64,000 nucleotides of DNA, taken from IMG/VR virus record IMGVR_UViG_3300027804_000060; one strand, 5' to 3'. A program made the position numbers and the translations under genes. Below are positions 16,931-26,571 of this stretch, piece by piece. This stretch comes from an uncultured virus (IMG/VR IMGVR_UViG_3300027804_000060). Taxonomy: Duplodnaviria > Heunggongvirae > Uroviricota > Caudoviricetes. Each line of letters begins with the position of its first letter. Within the stretch, counting starts at the first letter, position 1. Under the pieces are notes generated by a model. The model had not been told where the DNA came from and searched no databases. It saw only the letters and a list, made by a program, of their open reading frames with translations.

Positions 16931-18619
16931 TTAGGCTGCGCCAACAACTGTAGTGAAGTCAACACCAGTTCCAACAGCAACAAAATTCAACTGAATGTAG
17001 TTAATTGAACGAGCAGGTTTGATGTAGATATCACCAACAAATTGGTTGCTGTCAATTACTTGTGCTGTATTGTTTGTTGAATCGCAAACAACTTTGAAAT
17101 CTGTGATACCACGGCGACCTTGAATGTCACGCAAGAATGGAACTACTAAAGCAGTAAACTGAGCACGGGTGAATTCATCGTTCAATTCAAACAATGAATA
17201 TTTTGCTGCTTGTGCAATTGCTTTTTCCAGAACAATGAACAGTCTACGAACATTGATTCTATCAAATGCAGATGGTCTTGACAACAATGTTTTGTCACCA
17301 AACAACAATGTACCTTGGCCAGGTAAAGACACAACAGGGTTTACACCTTGTTTGTACAATGCATCACGATATGTTTTAGTTGGGTTCCATGCCAATTTAA
17401 CGCAGTTCTTAATAGCACCACGGTTTAGACCAGCAGGTGAGAACCATGGATCTCTTACTGTGTCGGTATTAACACACAAACCAGCAATGTCAGCATTCAA
17501 TGGCATCCAACGATATGTATTGTTGTATTTGTCTAGTTGATATTTCCAACCAGAATCCGCAACAACATATGAAGATGATCTTGATAGTGAACCTAACCAG
17601 TTTGTAATATTTGTGGATTCACTTCCACCTTGGTTAACAACATCAACATATCTTGGAGAAACAAATGCAACACAATCTGCTCTAGAAATTGCAACATTGT
17701 CGATTACATATTGTTGAACTGTAACGCTATGGTCACCAGTCAATACTAATGAAATGTCAACAGCTTCTTTGTTAACAAATAAGTCATATGCGGTCTGTAA
17801 ATTTCCATCTGTTGGTGGAGTAGTAACGCCATTTGATAGTGTTACTACTGCTATTGCTGCAGGATCAGCAAAAGTTTTACCAAACGCTGTTGTGCCCCAT
17901 GTTGCACTTGTTGTTGAATAATCAACTGGATCCATTACATAAACATATTTTGAGTTATTGAAAATAACTTGTTTATAGTAATTAGATGTACCATTTATTA
18001 CGGCATCTGATGCAGCAGAAACAAAACCATATGTTTCTAGAACTGTTCCTGCAACACCAGTAATATTACCTAATTTGTCAATAACAACAATGTGCATTTC
18101 ATCTGATACACCACTGACAGATGTTGCATATTCTGATGTGCCTGGTGCAGAAGTAAAATATGATCTATATGCCCAAGCTGAAAACAGACCACTAGTAGCA
18201 CAAACTTGAACTTCTAATGAATTTCCTAGTGTGCCTGGATATCTTGCAACGAAAGAACCATATGTGTTTGAATTGCCTGCCAACAAATATGTAGCTTCAT
18301 ATACATCTTCATTTTTAATTTGTACAGCCGTGCCGGTTCCATAAGCATTTCTTGCTGCTGTACCAACAGCTCTGACAACACTTAAACTGTTGCCGTAAGC
18401 CAAGAAATTGGAACAAGTGAAAAAAGATGTTGCTGTAGATGTGTCTGGTTTACCGAATGTGCTCGCAAGTGTTATTTCATCACCAATCAATTTTATTTTA
18501 TCTGCTGGACCCCATTGAAATGTTCCAGCAAATGCACCGGCCGTAGTTTGTACTGATGGAACGACTGTAGTTAGGTCGATCTCCGATACATTTACGCCTG
18601 GAGAGATTTGAAATGCCAT
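16931..18619 (-). CDS. gp18: Contractile tail sheath gp18
   Basis: SPGVNVSEIDLT, F.WGP, PWFSPAG.NRG, GDKTL...SAFDRINVRRLF, IYIKPARSINYIQLNFVA. Confidence 0.97.
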   Translation of the reverse strand: MAFQISPGVNVSEIDLTTVVPSVQTTAGAFAGTFQWGPADKIKLIGDEITLASTFGKPDTSTATSFFTCSNFLAYGNSLSVVRAVGTAARNAYGTGTAVQIKNEDVYEATYLLAGNSNTYGSFVARYPGTLGNSLEVQVCATSGLFSAWAYRSYFTSAPGTSEYATSVSGVSDEMHIVVIDKLGNITGVAGTVLETYGFVSAASDAVINGTSNYYKQVIFNNSKYVYVMDPVDYSTTSATWGTTAFGKTFADPAAIAVVTLSNGVTTPPTDGNLQTAYDLFVNKEAVDISLVLTGDHSVTVQQYVIDNVAISRADCVAFVSPRYVDVVNQGGSESTNITNWLGSLSRSSSYVVADSGWKYQLDKYNNTYRWMPLNADIAGLCVNTDTVRDPWFSPAGLNRGAIKNCVKLAWNPTKTYRDALYKQGVNPVVSLPGQGTLLFGDKTLLSRPSAFDRINVRRLFIVLEKAIAQAAKYSLFELNDEFTRAQFTALVVPFLRDIQGRRGITDFKVVCDSTNNTAQVIDSNQFVGDIYIKPARSINYIQLNFVAVGTGVDFTTVVGAA

Positions 18620-18667
18620 TTTATTCTCCTTGAATTATTATGTTCTTTTGGCAAAATACCATAAGTA

Positions 18668-18675
18668 TATTTATG
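18668..18675 (-). promoter_or_regulatory. Late promoter (CATAAATA) for gp18-gp19
   Basis: One mismatch to consensus in the gp17-gp18 intergenic region. Confidence 0.6.
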
Positions 18676-18686
18676 AAAGGCTGGAT

Positions 18687-20378
18687 TTACAACCTCTCCA
18701 TCATTTTTCTTGTGAAACTTGCATAGACTTCACCACCATCTGCAACTTCCCATATGTCACCACCCACTATTTCGAAATCGTGTTCTAAACCATCTTCAAT
18801 GATCGGTGCAGGTAGAACATCATCGTCCATCTGGTTCATACTTTCCAGTTGAATTTGTTTACGGATATCGTGGTTGACAATTTCTTTAAAGTACTGTTGA
18901 GTTGTTACCCATGAAAAGATAACCAAAGACATTACCATGTCATCATTTGCACCTTCTTCCGCAGAGAAAGAATTCTTTTGTTGAACAAAAGTTGTTAATT
19001 CTGAATAGGTGTCAAAGTCATTTATCAATAGTTTGTCACCCTCAATCAAAGTTTTTAGGTTGGAACAACCAATTGCCTTGACTTGTGGTGACATTTTCAA
19101 ACCCATTTGAATGCCTCTGGCAAAACCAGCCGACAATTGTTGAGGTTTCTTGTTGCCTGTAAATATTTTCCACAGATTCTCATATTCAAAGTCTGAGTGT
19201 AGTGAATCTGCCACTTGTGGATTGTTGTTAATTTCTACCAGAATATATGCATCGTTGTAATATCTGGCTGTATTGTAGATGACCGTAGGAAACAATATTG
19301 GTGTGATTGACGAACTCTTATATGTGGCCACCTGTTTATATGGTGTCTGTGAGATATCAATGACAGAAAATGCCGAACTGTCTAGGTTCTTACCTTCAGA
19401 TACATCGACCGTTATACAATATAGGTGGTCAGATTTAGATTCGTTTACACCTTCTTTGACTGGATGTTCATAGATTTTCAACAAATCGTGGTTCGCAACA
19501 GGGTCCACATAGACTAGTTGTTGTAATTTGTATCCAGAAACCAAAGTATTTGATGAACCCAAGAACTCTGTTTCAAACTCCTGTTTGAATTGTCTCTCAG
19601 AGGTGTTTCGGATGGTTTCTTCTTTCCATTTTTCATCACGACCTGGTACCATAGACCAATGAATTTCAAATGGCTTGTAGTCATTCTTCTTGTTGATTGA
19701 GTCCATCCATAGTTTGTAGAATAGATTCATACCGTTAGGTGTGGACACAATAATAATCTTTGTCTTTTTACCTGATGAAATTACAGGGTAAACAGAGTTG
19801 AAGAATTCTTCCGCAATATTGGTTGGAACGAAAGCAAATTCATCCAAGAATACAATGTTAAATGCACCACCACGAATGGCGGAACTTGATGTGGACGCAG
19901 CGATAATCTTGGAACCATTCTCTAGTTCTACATTACCTTTGTTCCAGGTAACAACACCTTGTTGCAACCACATAGGTAAGTTTTCGTATGCCAGTTGGTA
20001 CTTGGCTAAAATATCTCTTGCCAAAGAACCTTTGTTGGCCAAGACTGCACAGTTTTGTGTGTCTTTGAAGATTGTTTCCCATAACATATATGCAACTGTT
20101 GTGGTAGTTTTACCAACCTGCCGGGGGCACTTGGTGATAACGAAACGATTATTTGCAAAAAGTGTAATCATTTCCTCTTGGAAAGGCCACATTCCGAAGT
20201 TAATCAAACCCTCATCAACGTTAACAATCTTTACATAATTTTTTGCAAAATATATGGGATCTTTAGAACACTTGATATATTCATCAACCTGTTCTTGGGT
20301 ATATTCTACCTTGACGCCAGCTTTTTTAAGTAAAGGGTTATCCCGATATGCTTCACCAAATCTTAAATCACCACTCAT
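18687..20378 (-). CDS. gp17: Terminase large subunit gp17
   Basis: Walker A PRQVGKTT, Walker B IVFLDEFAF, STPNG, nuclease motifs VDVSEG..D.S and DDMVM; no intein seen. Confidence 0.97.
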   Translation of the reverse strand: MSGDLRFGEAYRDNPLLKKAGVKVEYTQEQVDEYIKCSKDPIYFAKNYVKIVNVDEGLINFGMWPFQEEMITLFANNRFVITKCPRQVGKTTTTVAYMLWETIFKDTQNCAVLANKGSLARDILAKYQLAYENLPMWLQQGVVTWNKGNVELENGSKIIAASTSSSAIRGGAFNIVFLDEFAFVPTNIAEEFFNSVYPVISSGKKTKIIIVSTPNGMNLFYKLWMDSINKKNDYKPFEIHWSMVPGRDEKWKEETIRNTSERQFKQEFETEFLGSSNTLVSGYKLQQLVYVDPVANHDLLKIYEHPVKEGVNESKSDHLYCITVDVSEGKNLDSSAFSVIDISQTPYKQVATYKSSSITPILFPTVIYNTARYYNDAYILVEINNNPQVADSLHSDFEYENLWKIFTGNKKPQQLSAGFARGIQMGLKMSPQVKAIGCSNLKTLIEGDKLLINDFDTYSELTTFVQQKNSFSAEEGANDDMVMSLVIFSWVTTQQYFKEIVNHDIRKQIQLESMNQMDDDVLPAPIIEDGLEHDFEIVGGDIWEVADGGEVYASFTRKMMERL

Positions 20379-20788
20379 TCTTTACCTTTAAGTAACTTAT
20401 TCAGTTCAGCGGTTGAACCGACAAAAATGGCTTTATCAATCTTGGTGTCACCTTCTTTTGGTTTACCATCCATTGTACGCATTTGTTTTTGTACCGCAAG
20501 TAGTTCTTTATTTGCATCCACCACATTTTTCAACAGTGTACCATACACCTCAAAGGCTCTAGGATGTTGGCCTGCTTTTGCAATGTTGAGTATTTCTTCC
20601 ATGGCTTCTTTACCCTGGTCAATAAGGTCTTGTAGATTATCTTTTGTTTGTTGATATGCATCTTCCAAATCATTCTTTAAATCTGGACCATCCTGAGATT
20701 TTGTAACCACCGGCAACAAAGGTTTTTCTTTTTGTTCTACCGGTGTTACATCAAATAATTTTTCCATGTTCTTGTCAAATGTATTCAT
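20375..20788 (-). CDS. gp16: Terminase small subunit gp16
   Basis: HPRAFEV...L.K...D.N..LL and FVGSTAEL.KLL; overlaps the gp17 start. Confidence 0.9.
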   Translation of the reverse strand: MNTFDKNMEKLFDVTPVEQKEKPLLPVVTKSQDGPDLKNDLEDAYQQTKDNLQDLIDQGKEAMEEILNIAKAGQHPRAFEVYGTLLKNVVDANKELLAVQKQMRTMDGKPKEGDTKIDKAIFVGSTAELNKLLKGKE

Positions 20789-20802
20789 AGTTTTTATATT
20801 AA

Positions 20803-22530
20803 TTATAACGCTGCAATTCTACTTTGAAAATCAGCAAAACTGGATGATGCAGCAACAATTACTTTCAAGTTTGCAAGAGGTAGTGCAGCTGCTCTTTGTG
20901 CTGTACCATTATTAAATATAACATTTCCAGTATTCACAATGTTTTTGCCACTCAAATCCAATGCTGTTGGGTCACCAGAAGATGGTACTATGATTTTACC
21001 ATTAGAATCAAATTGCCATTTTTGTTTAAATGGTGCCACAGATTTCTCATACAAACCACCAGGAGTTGAATAAACAATTACATTTGTTGTATATGTGTAA
21101 TCTGTATTCTCAGCAATCGTTACAGTTGTATTGCCGGTACCAACAGTTGTACTTGTTGCAGTGTTTGCTTCTGGTATACCAACATAAGTGAAATCACCCC
21201 AGGAACTACCATTTGCACCAAGGTATGTTCCAGATAGGGAACCATCTACAGGCAATTGATAAACTGTTGCAAATGTGTTTGATTTTCCTGATGGTTTAGA
21301 ATAACCAATACCAACAAGATAGTCACCTGAAACATCTAGTTGTCTATGGCCAAGTCTGATTGTTTGGTTTGCACTTGCAATTTCTAAAGACCTTGCCCAA
21401 ACTAATGCACCATTTGCATCAATTTTATATGTGATAAATGCTGTCTGGTTGTTTGCATCTGTCGTTGCACCATTCACATACAAATAATCATTCTTGTGTT
21501 TGATCCAATTGATTTTTGGTGTTGTGATACCAGTTATTGTTTTTTCCCATAACAATTCGTTATTGGATCTAAATTTATAGATGTTTGTATTTGATGCTGC
21601 ATACCAATTATTTGATGTGTCAGAAGTCAAACTTATAATTGTGTTTCCGTTTGTATCAACGTTGTTTGTCCAAATATAAACACCTTCTGTATCAAACTTG
21701 TGGACTTTTCCGTTTGCAGAACCAACCAAAACACCATTTTCATTTGGAAGAGCTAAACAACAAAATGCATTTGTGGATGCTGTTTGTGAGGTAAAGTAGG
21801 TAAACAATAGTTCACCTGTATTATCAAGGCCTGTTAATAGGTTGTGTTCACCAACAAAGTATGGGAATCCTTGGTCATCAACAGTAATGTCCACAGAACC
21901 CACTGCATCTTCTACCATCGAACTCCAAACATTTTGTCCAATAGAATTAAATTTGGTAACTAGAGTTGAAAAAGTATTTGGAAGATTTGTCAACAAATAG
22001 ATATTGTTGTTTGCATCAATATCTAAAGATTCAGAATAACTACCATATGAGGTGTTTGCTGGTACAGAACGGGTCCAGAATATTTCACCTGTTGTGTCAA
22101 ATTTTACAATTGTAGATTGTGGATAACCTGTGGTTTCATTTTGTGTTGTCAGTGCGACATAAATGTTATTGGCGGAATCGTATGCAACACTGTGACCATA
22201 TGTATTGGCTAACTGAGATGTTAACTGCCCATATAATAGACCCCAAACTTTTTTGTTGTGATGGTCATTACCAACTTCCACTTTTGTATTACTATACATT
22301 ATGGTATCGGTAAAACTGATATCACCCAAGAAAACAGAATTTGCTTTATTGAAAGCACCTTGTGCTAGTGCAGCATTGTTTGCTGATTGTGAATTTGCAG
22401 TATTAGAATTATTTGAAACATTGGTATACAACTCGGTAAAGTTGTCATTTGATTTGACAAATGCGGCTCTTAGTGTATCACCTTTACCATCATTTGCTCT
22501 AATACCAATATTGATTGTTTGTTTAGCCAT
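20803..22530 (-). CDS. Virion protein with gp9/gp10-like N-terminal anchor and beta-propeller repeats
   Basis: N-terminal INIGIRANDGKGDTLRAAFVKSNDNFTELY; repeated D..NNIY / .KF...G...W blades; helical C-terminus LKVIVAASSSFADFQSRIAAL. Confidence 0.7.
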   Translation of the reverse strand: MAKQTINIGIRANDGKGDTLRAAFVKSNDNFTELYTNVSNNSNTANSQSANNAALAQGAFNKANSVFLGDISFTDTIMYSNTKVEVGNDHHNKKVWGLLYGQLTSQLANTYGHSVAYDSANNIYVALTTQNETTGYPQSTIVKFDTTGEIFWTRSVPANTSYGSYSESLDIDANNNIYLLTNLPNTFSTLVTKFNSIGQNVWSSMVEDAVGSVDITVDDQGFPYFVGEHNLLTGLDNTGELLFTYFTSQTASTNAFCCLALPNENGVLVGSANGKVHKFDTEGVYIWTNNVDTNGNTIISLTSDTSNNWYAASNTNIYKFRSNNELLWEKTITGITTPKINWIKHKNDYLYVNGATTDANNQTAFITYKIDANGALVWARSLEIASANQTIRLGHRQLDVSGDYLVGIGYSKPSGKSNTFATVYQLPVDGSLSGTYLGANGSSWGDFTYVGIPEANTATSTTVGTGNTTVTIAENTDYTYTTNVIVYSTPGGLYEKSVAPFKQKWQFDSNGKIIVPSSGDPTALDLSGKNIVNTGNVIFNNGTAQRAAALPLANLKVIVAASSSFADFQSRIAAL

Positions 22531-22550
22531 TTGTTTCTCTCATTTGATGT

Positions 22551-23570
22551 TTATTGGTTTGCGGCCTTGTTAATTGTCAAGACTTCATTTAGTGTGTTAT
22601 CGGTCTTAGCGTCAACTTTATCAACAGTCATAAAGTCGATATCTGTAGAAACTCTACCAACAGCATCAACTTCAACAAATTTCAATGGGTTCAAATTGTA
22701 TGTGGTGAAGTTATAGTTTGCCAAAGTATTAACACCATATATAGGTTTATCGGACACAAAGTTTCCTGTTAGTGATTTTAATCTAAGTAGGTTATCTGTA
22801 AATTGAACAACAATTCCTGTTGCTGATGCATCATCTGATGTATATCCTTGATACACTTTCTCACCAACTTTGTATGTACCAAAACCAGAACTCAAATTCA
22901 ATCTGAATTCAACAACATCTTCTTCGGTAATTAAGTTGAACACTGAAACAAATGCACGATTGATGACACCAGTTTCTGCGGTTTTACCAAATACAAAGCC
23001 TTTGACTGTAAAGTTTAATGTCCAGATTATCATTCTGGTTTCATTTTCTCTACCACCCTCATAAAGAATTTCATGTGATGTTGAGTTTAAAATAATGGGC
23101 ACTTCTTTAACAATACCCATTTCAGGAATCAAATTCAATTTGATGGTGTAATCTGGTGTAAAGAATGGTAGTATGTGTTCAATTATTTGTGTACCATCCT
23201 CAATGTTTCTTACATAGATATACAAATTAAAATCAAAATTGTATGGTACTGGATTGTATTGTGCAATAACACCAGTTGCAACATTTGTTCCTGCGAAATT
23301 TTTAATGTTGGTGTTTTGTTTTCTACTTGAATCATAACTAAGACCGGCCATCTCAAACGACATTTTAGGTAAAGTTACTTGAACTTTTTTATCTAATTGA
23401 GGATCACTTTCAAGGCGCATAACATATCGTTCTTTTGATGCATAAACAATAGGCACAATAAATCTCTCAGATTCGGTTTCGTCTGTTTTGAATCTGTATA
23501 GTGTTATGTTGTCAAAAAGATTGCCAAATCCAACAACTAATTTTCTGATGACACGGTTGTATGTTGACAT
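22551..23570 (-). CDS. gp15: Tail sheath stabiliser gp15 (with C-terminal extension)
   Basis: IRK.VVGFGNLF.NI, VPI.YA.KE, LPKMSFEM, PVPYNFDF.L, QIIE.ILPFF.P, IIWTL.FT.KG. Confidence 0.93.
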   Translation of the reverse strand: MSTYNRVIRKLVVGFGNLFDNITLYRFKTDETESERFIVPIVYASKERYVMRLESDPQLDKKVQVTLPKMSFEMAGLSYDSSRKQNTNIKNFAGTNVATGVIAQYNPVPYNFDFNLYIYVRNIEDGTQIIEHILPFFTPDYTIKLNLIPEMGIVKEVPIILNSTSHEILYEGGRENETRMIIWTLNFTVKGFVFGKTAETGVINRAFVSVFNLITEEDVVEFRLNLSSGFGTYKVGEKVYQGYTSDDASATGIVVQFTDNLLRLKSLTGNFVSDKPIYGVNTLANYNFTTYNLNPLKFVEVDAVGRVSTDIDFMTVDKVDAKTDNTLNEVLTINKAANQ

Positions 23571-24451
23571 TATATTTTTCCAAACGGATTAGTTTCGGTG
23601 AAATCTATAATGTTATCGGCTTCATTGTCCAAATAATCATTGTCATAGGCTTCATTTCTTGTACTGTCTTTTAATGGATTGTATGATGATAGATAGTATT
23701 GAGCATTGCTTGTTGCACCAATGATTGCAACGTTATTGGCAAATTCACCAGCAACATTTGTTACTTTTAATATATCATCGACTGTGTTCCAGTCTTGTAC
23801 TATTGCAACCACAGATGCGTTTGCTTGTGTTCTGTCTGTAGATTGAAATACAATTTCCCTAGGTTGATATGTTCCAGTTCCTACACCAGTATTCAGGTCA
23901 ATGGTGTAACTTGATTGAATCATTACATCATCAATATCTTCTACACCAGTGTCGATAACTTCTTGTGAGTACTTGAATTTCTCTAGTTCCAATTCATAAA
24001 AATATGGAATCTTGCGGCCCAACATAAAAAAATCTTTGGTTTGATTGGTGAATTTAATTTCAAACAATTCACCAGTACCATTTAAGAATGGTACATAGAC
24101 CAAATCACCTTCACGGGGTCTAGTGAACAGGTCTTGCGGTACTCTTTGTGAGAATGAACGTTTTGATAGTATGATATTGATATTGTTTTTAATCTCAAGA
24201 CCAAATTTAGAAAAGAATTCTCTTTCACCACCGTATTCCATTGAACTCGATAGATAGAATTCAATTGGAAATGCTGAACTAAATTTCTTAATTGGATCTT
24301 CACCATACAGAATGTCTCTATCTTCCGCATTCTCAATAGGCAGGTAGTATGCGTCAAAACCCATAATCTTGATTGATTCAACAATCAAGTCTTCAATTAC
24401 CCTCTGCTCAGCAAGAGAGTTGTAGTTATTGAAGTAGACACTGGTTGCCAT
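23570..24451 (-). CDS. gp14: Neck protein gp14
   Basis: EQ..IEDLI.ESIKI.G, FSKFGLEI, RPREGDLVY.P, LFEIKF, C-terminal DFTETNPFG. Confidence 0.93.
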   Translation of the reverse strand: MATSVYFNNYNSLAEQRVIEDLIVESIKIMGFDAYYLPIENAEDRDILYGEDPIKKFSSAFPIEFYLSSSMEYGGEREFFSKFGLEIKNNINIILSKRSFSQRVPQDLFTRPREGDLVYVPFLNGTGELFEIKFTNQTKDFFMLGRKIPYFYELELEKFKYSQEVIDTGVEDIDDVMIQSSYTIDLNTGVGTGTYQPREIVFQSTDRTQANASVVAIVQDWNTVDDILKVTNVAGEFANNVAIIGATSNAQYYLSSYNPLKDSTRNEAYDNDYLDNEADNIIDFTETNPFGKI

Positions 24452-24452
24452 A

Positions 24453-25229
24453 TTAGTTCATCATAAATTCTAATGGTGCACCATATTTGTCACCAATTTC
24501 TGCATGTAGTGCATCAATTTCTGCTTTTGCTTCTTCATAAATCTTGTCGCCATTCAACATGACACCACCGGGCAATTGAATGCCACTAAACTTTTTAAGG
24601 TTGTTGCCCCATGAACGCTTGATAAGTGCCGTTGCATATTCTTTTAACCAACGGTCATTCCAGGCCTGTGTGTATACTTCTGGATCAATAACCGCATAAC
24701 ATTCTGCAATGACTGTGGTACCTACTGGTGCCTGTCCATGTCCCCAACCCCAATCAATGTACAATCTTTGCATATGTCTTTGGAATCTAATAGGAATTTC
24801 ACCAGAAAATAATTGTTCCAACATACGTAGATGTTGTAATGTCATCGTATAGTTGATGTATGATGCGGAGGTGAAGTCATACAACTCATTTAAACGTAGT
24901 TGATATCTCAAATCAAACATATTGACCTGAGATAGTGAATCGGAAATAGGAAATATTCTGGTTATACCAGCAATTTGTAGTACATTGTTTGATGAATCTC
25001 TGGCCTGAGCTATGTTTAAGTACTTATTATTAATATCTGTTTGGTCAATTTTTTTAATAAAATATACTTTTTGTAGGCCATCAAAATGGTAGTCCTGCCA
25101 ATATTGAAGTGCATCATCAATACGGTCTTCTACCTGGTCATCATCAACGTTAATTTCAATTACTGGAAACCCTAGTCTACGCAGGCAATAGTCTTTGAAT
25201 GCCGTTCTTGTTATGATTGTTTTTGCCAT
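24453..25229 (-). CDS. gp13: Neck protein gp13
   Basis: YCLRRLG.PVIEINVDDDQVEDRID.ALQY...YHFDG, WLKEYATALIK..WG.NL.KF.G.QLPGGV.LNG. Confidence 0.95.
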   Translation of the reverse strand: MAKTIITRTAFKDYCLRRLGFPVIEINVDDDQVEDRIDDALQYWQDYHFDGLQKVYFIKKIDQTDINNKYLNIAQARDSSNNVLQIAGITRIFPISDSLSQVNMFDLRYQLRLNELYDFTSASYINYTMTLQHLRMLEQLFSGEIPIRFQRHMQRLYIDWGWGHGQAPVGTTVIAECYAVIDPEVYTQAWNDRWLKEYATALIKRSWGNNLKKFSGIQLPGGVMLNGDKIYEEAKAEIDALHAEIGDKYGAPLEFMMN

Positions 25230-25247
25230 TATATCCCCCTATAGGGG

Positions 25248-25255
25248 TATTTATT
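25248..25255 (-). promoter_or_regulatory. Late promoter (AATAAATA) for gp13, followed by an RBS-containing hairpin
   Basis: Minus strand AATAAATA-CCCC-TATA-GGGG-GATATA-ATG. Confidence 0.65.
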
Positions 25256-25265
25256 CTTTATTTTA

Positions 25266-25625
25266 TTAGTCGAATGTTACTTCTATCCAAGAAAGAGTAC
25301 CTTCTTCCCATTCATAGTCCTTCGTGTCATCTGAAGGATAAGGAACAGGACTATCCCATTGACAAGTATCTCCATTCAGTGACCAACTTTCAAATGGTTT
25401 TGGTGGTATGAAAGCATCACGAACTGGATCATAAGTATAACCAATACCAGCAAAATTCTTTCTCAATGGTGTGCCACCCAATCTGTGTTGGCCAGCAAGT
25501 GTGTTGTAACTGGTTTGAACAAAACTACTTGGTTCTCCCCAAAGACCTGTATCAATCAAATCTTGTTCTATTGCTATTACTCTAGTAACAATATTGTTTT
25601 CATCCAATTGTGCAAAATGACTCAT
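25266..25625 (-). CDS. Fibre-associated hypothetical protein (HFAQ family), paralog 1
   Basis: 119 aa; QTSYN, LRKNFAGIG..YD..RDAFIPPKPF.SW; close paralog of 38490..38843. Confidence 0.8.
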   Translation of the reverse strand: MSHFAQLDENNIVTRVIAIEQDLIDTGLWGEPSSFVQTSYNTLAGQHRLGGTPLRKNFAGIGYTYDPVRDAFIPPKPFESWSLNGDTCQWDSPVPYPSDDTKDYEWEEGTLSWIEVTFD

Positions 25626-25635
25626 TATTTCCTCT

Positions 25636-26556
25636 TTAAATTGTCATGGTTCCTGAAGAAGTATAGGTGTAATATCTATATTCTCCAATTATAGTGTATG
25701 TTGGACTGCCTGTAGTACTAGATGCTGGTGGATAAGAATCTGGCCAAGCAACGATTACTACACCTTTACCACCATTGCCTCCAATACCTGTTGGAGAACC
25801 GCCTGATCCACCACCACCGCCACCACCCTTGTTTTCCGCACCTGGTTGTCCATCAGGTAATCCTGGTTGAAATCCACCAAGACCGCCAGCATTGCCGCTT
25901 GGATCACCGTCACCACCACCCGAGTAAACAGAGTTTGATAGAGAACCACCGCCACCACCGCCTGCATATCTAACACCATCAATCCAAGTTGCACCTACAC
26001 CACCATATCCGTTGTCGTATGTATCGGTACCACTGTCTCTACCTACTTGGCTTGCACCGCCACCGCCGGCACCTAATCGTGTAGCAGCCGATCCGCCACC
26101 ATTACCGCCGTTTTGACCTTGACCAGCAGTACCAGCACCACCGCCGGCACCTATTGGTGCATAGCTACCGCTTGCACCGCCACCAGAACCACCACCGTTA
26201 CCAGCTGTGCCACCACTTGATGCACCAGATGTACCGCCGCCGCCACCGCCAGTTGCTGTGACTGTTGATATGTTTGATCCAGCTAGTGAACTGTTGTTGC
26301 CATTTCCTGCCGTTGATGATCCGCCAGAAGGTGAACCTGTTCCGCCTGTTCCTACTGTTACTGTAAATGTGTGTCCCAATTGAGATGTTGTGTTACCTGC
26401 TACATAACCACCGGCACCTCCACCACCACCTCTACGTGTACCACCACCGCCACCGCCAGCTACAACTAGATATTCTACTTCATATAAATCAACAGTCGGC
26501 CTTGTGTATGTTATACCGCCTTCTATTGATATTCCTGGACCTATTCTAAAAACCAC
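25636..26556 (-). CDS. Glycine-rich adhesin-like protein (gp38-like polyglycine)
   Basis: VEYLVVAGGGGGG...GGGGAGG, many polyglycine runs, ends GGKGVVIV..P...YRYYTYTSSGT. Confidence 0.75.
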   Translation of the reverse strand: MVFRIGPGISIEGGITYTRPTVDLYEVEYLVVAGGGGGGTRRGGGGGAGGYVAGNTTSQLGHTFTVTVGTGGTGSPSGGSSTAGNGNNSSLAGSNISTVTATGGGGGGTSGASSGGTAGNGGGSGGGASGSYAPIGAGGGAGTAGQGQNGGNGGGSAATRLGAGGGGASQVGRDSGTDTYDNGYGGVGATWIDGVRYAGGGGGGSLSNSVYSGGGDGDPSGNAGGLGGFQPGLPDGQPGAENKGGGGGGGSGGSPTGIGGNGGKGVVIVAWPDSYPPASSTTGSPTYTIIGEYRYYTYTSSGTMTI

Positions 26557-26571
26557 TTTGTAATTCCTATA

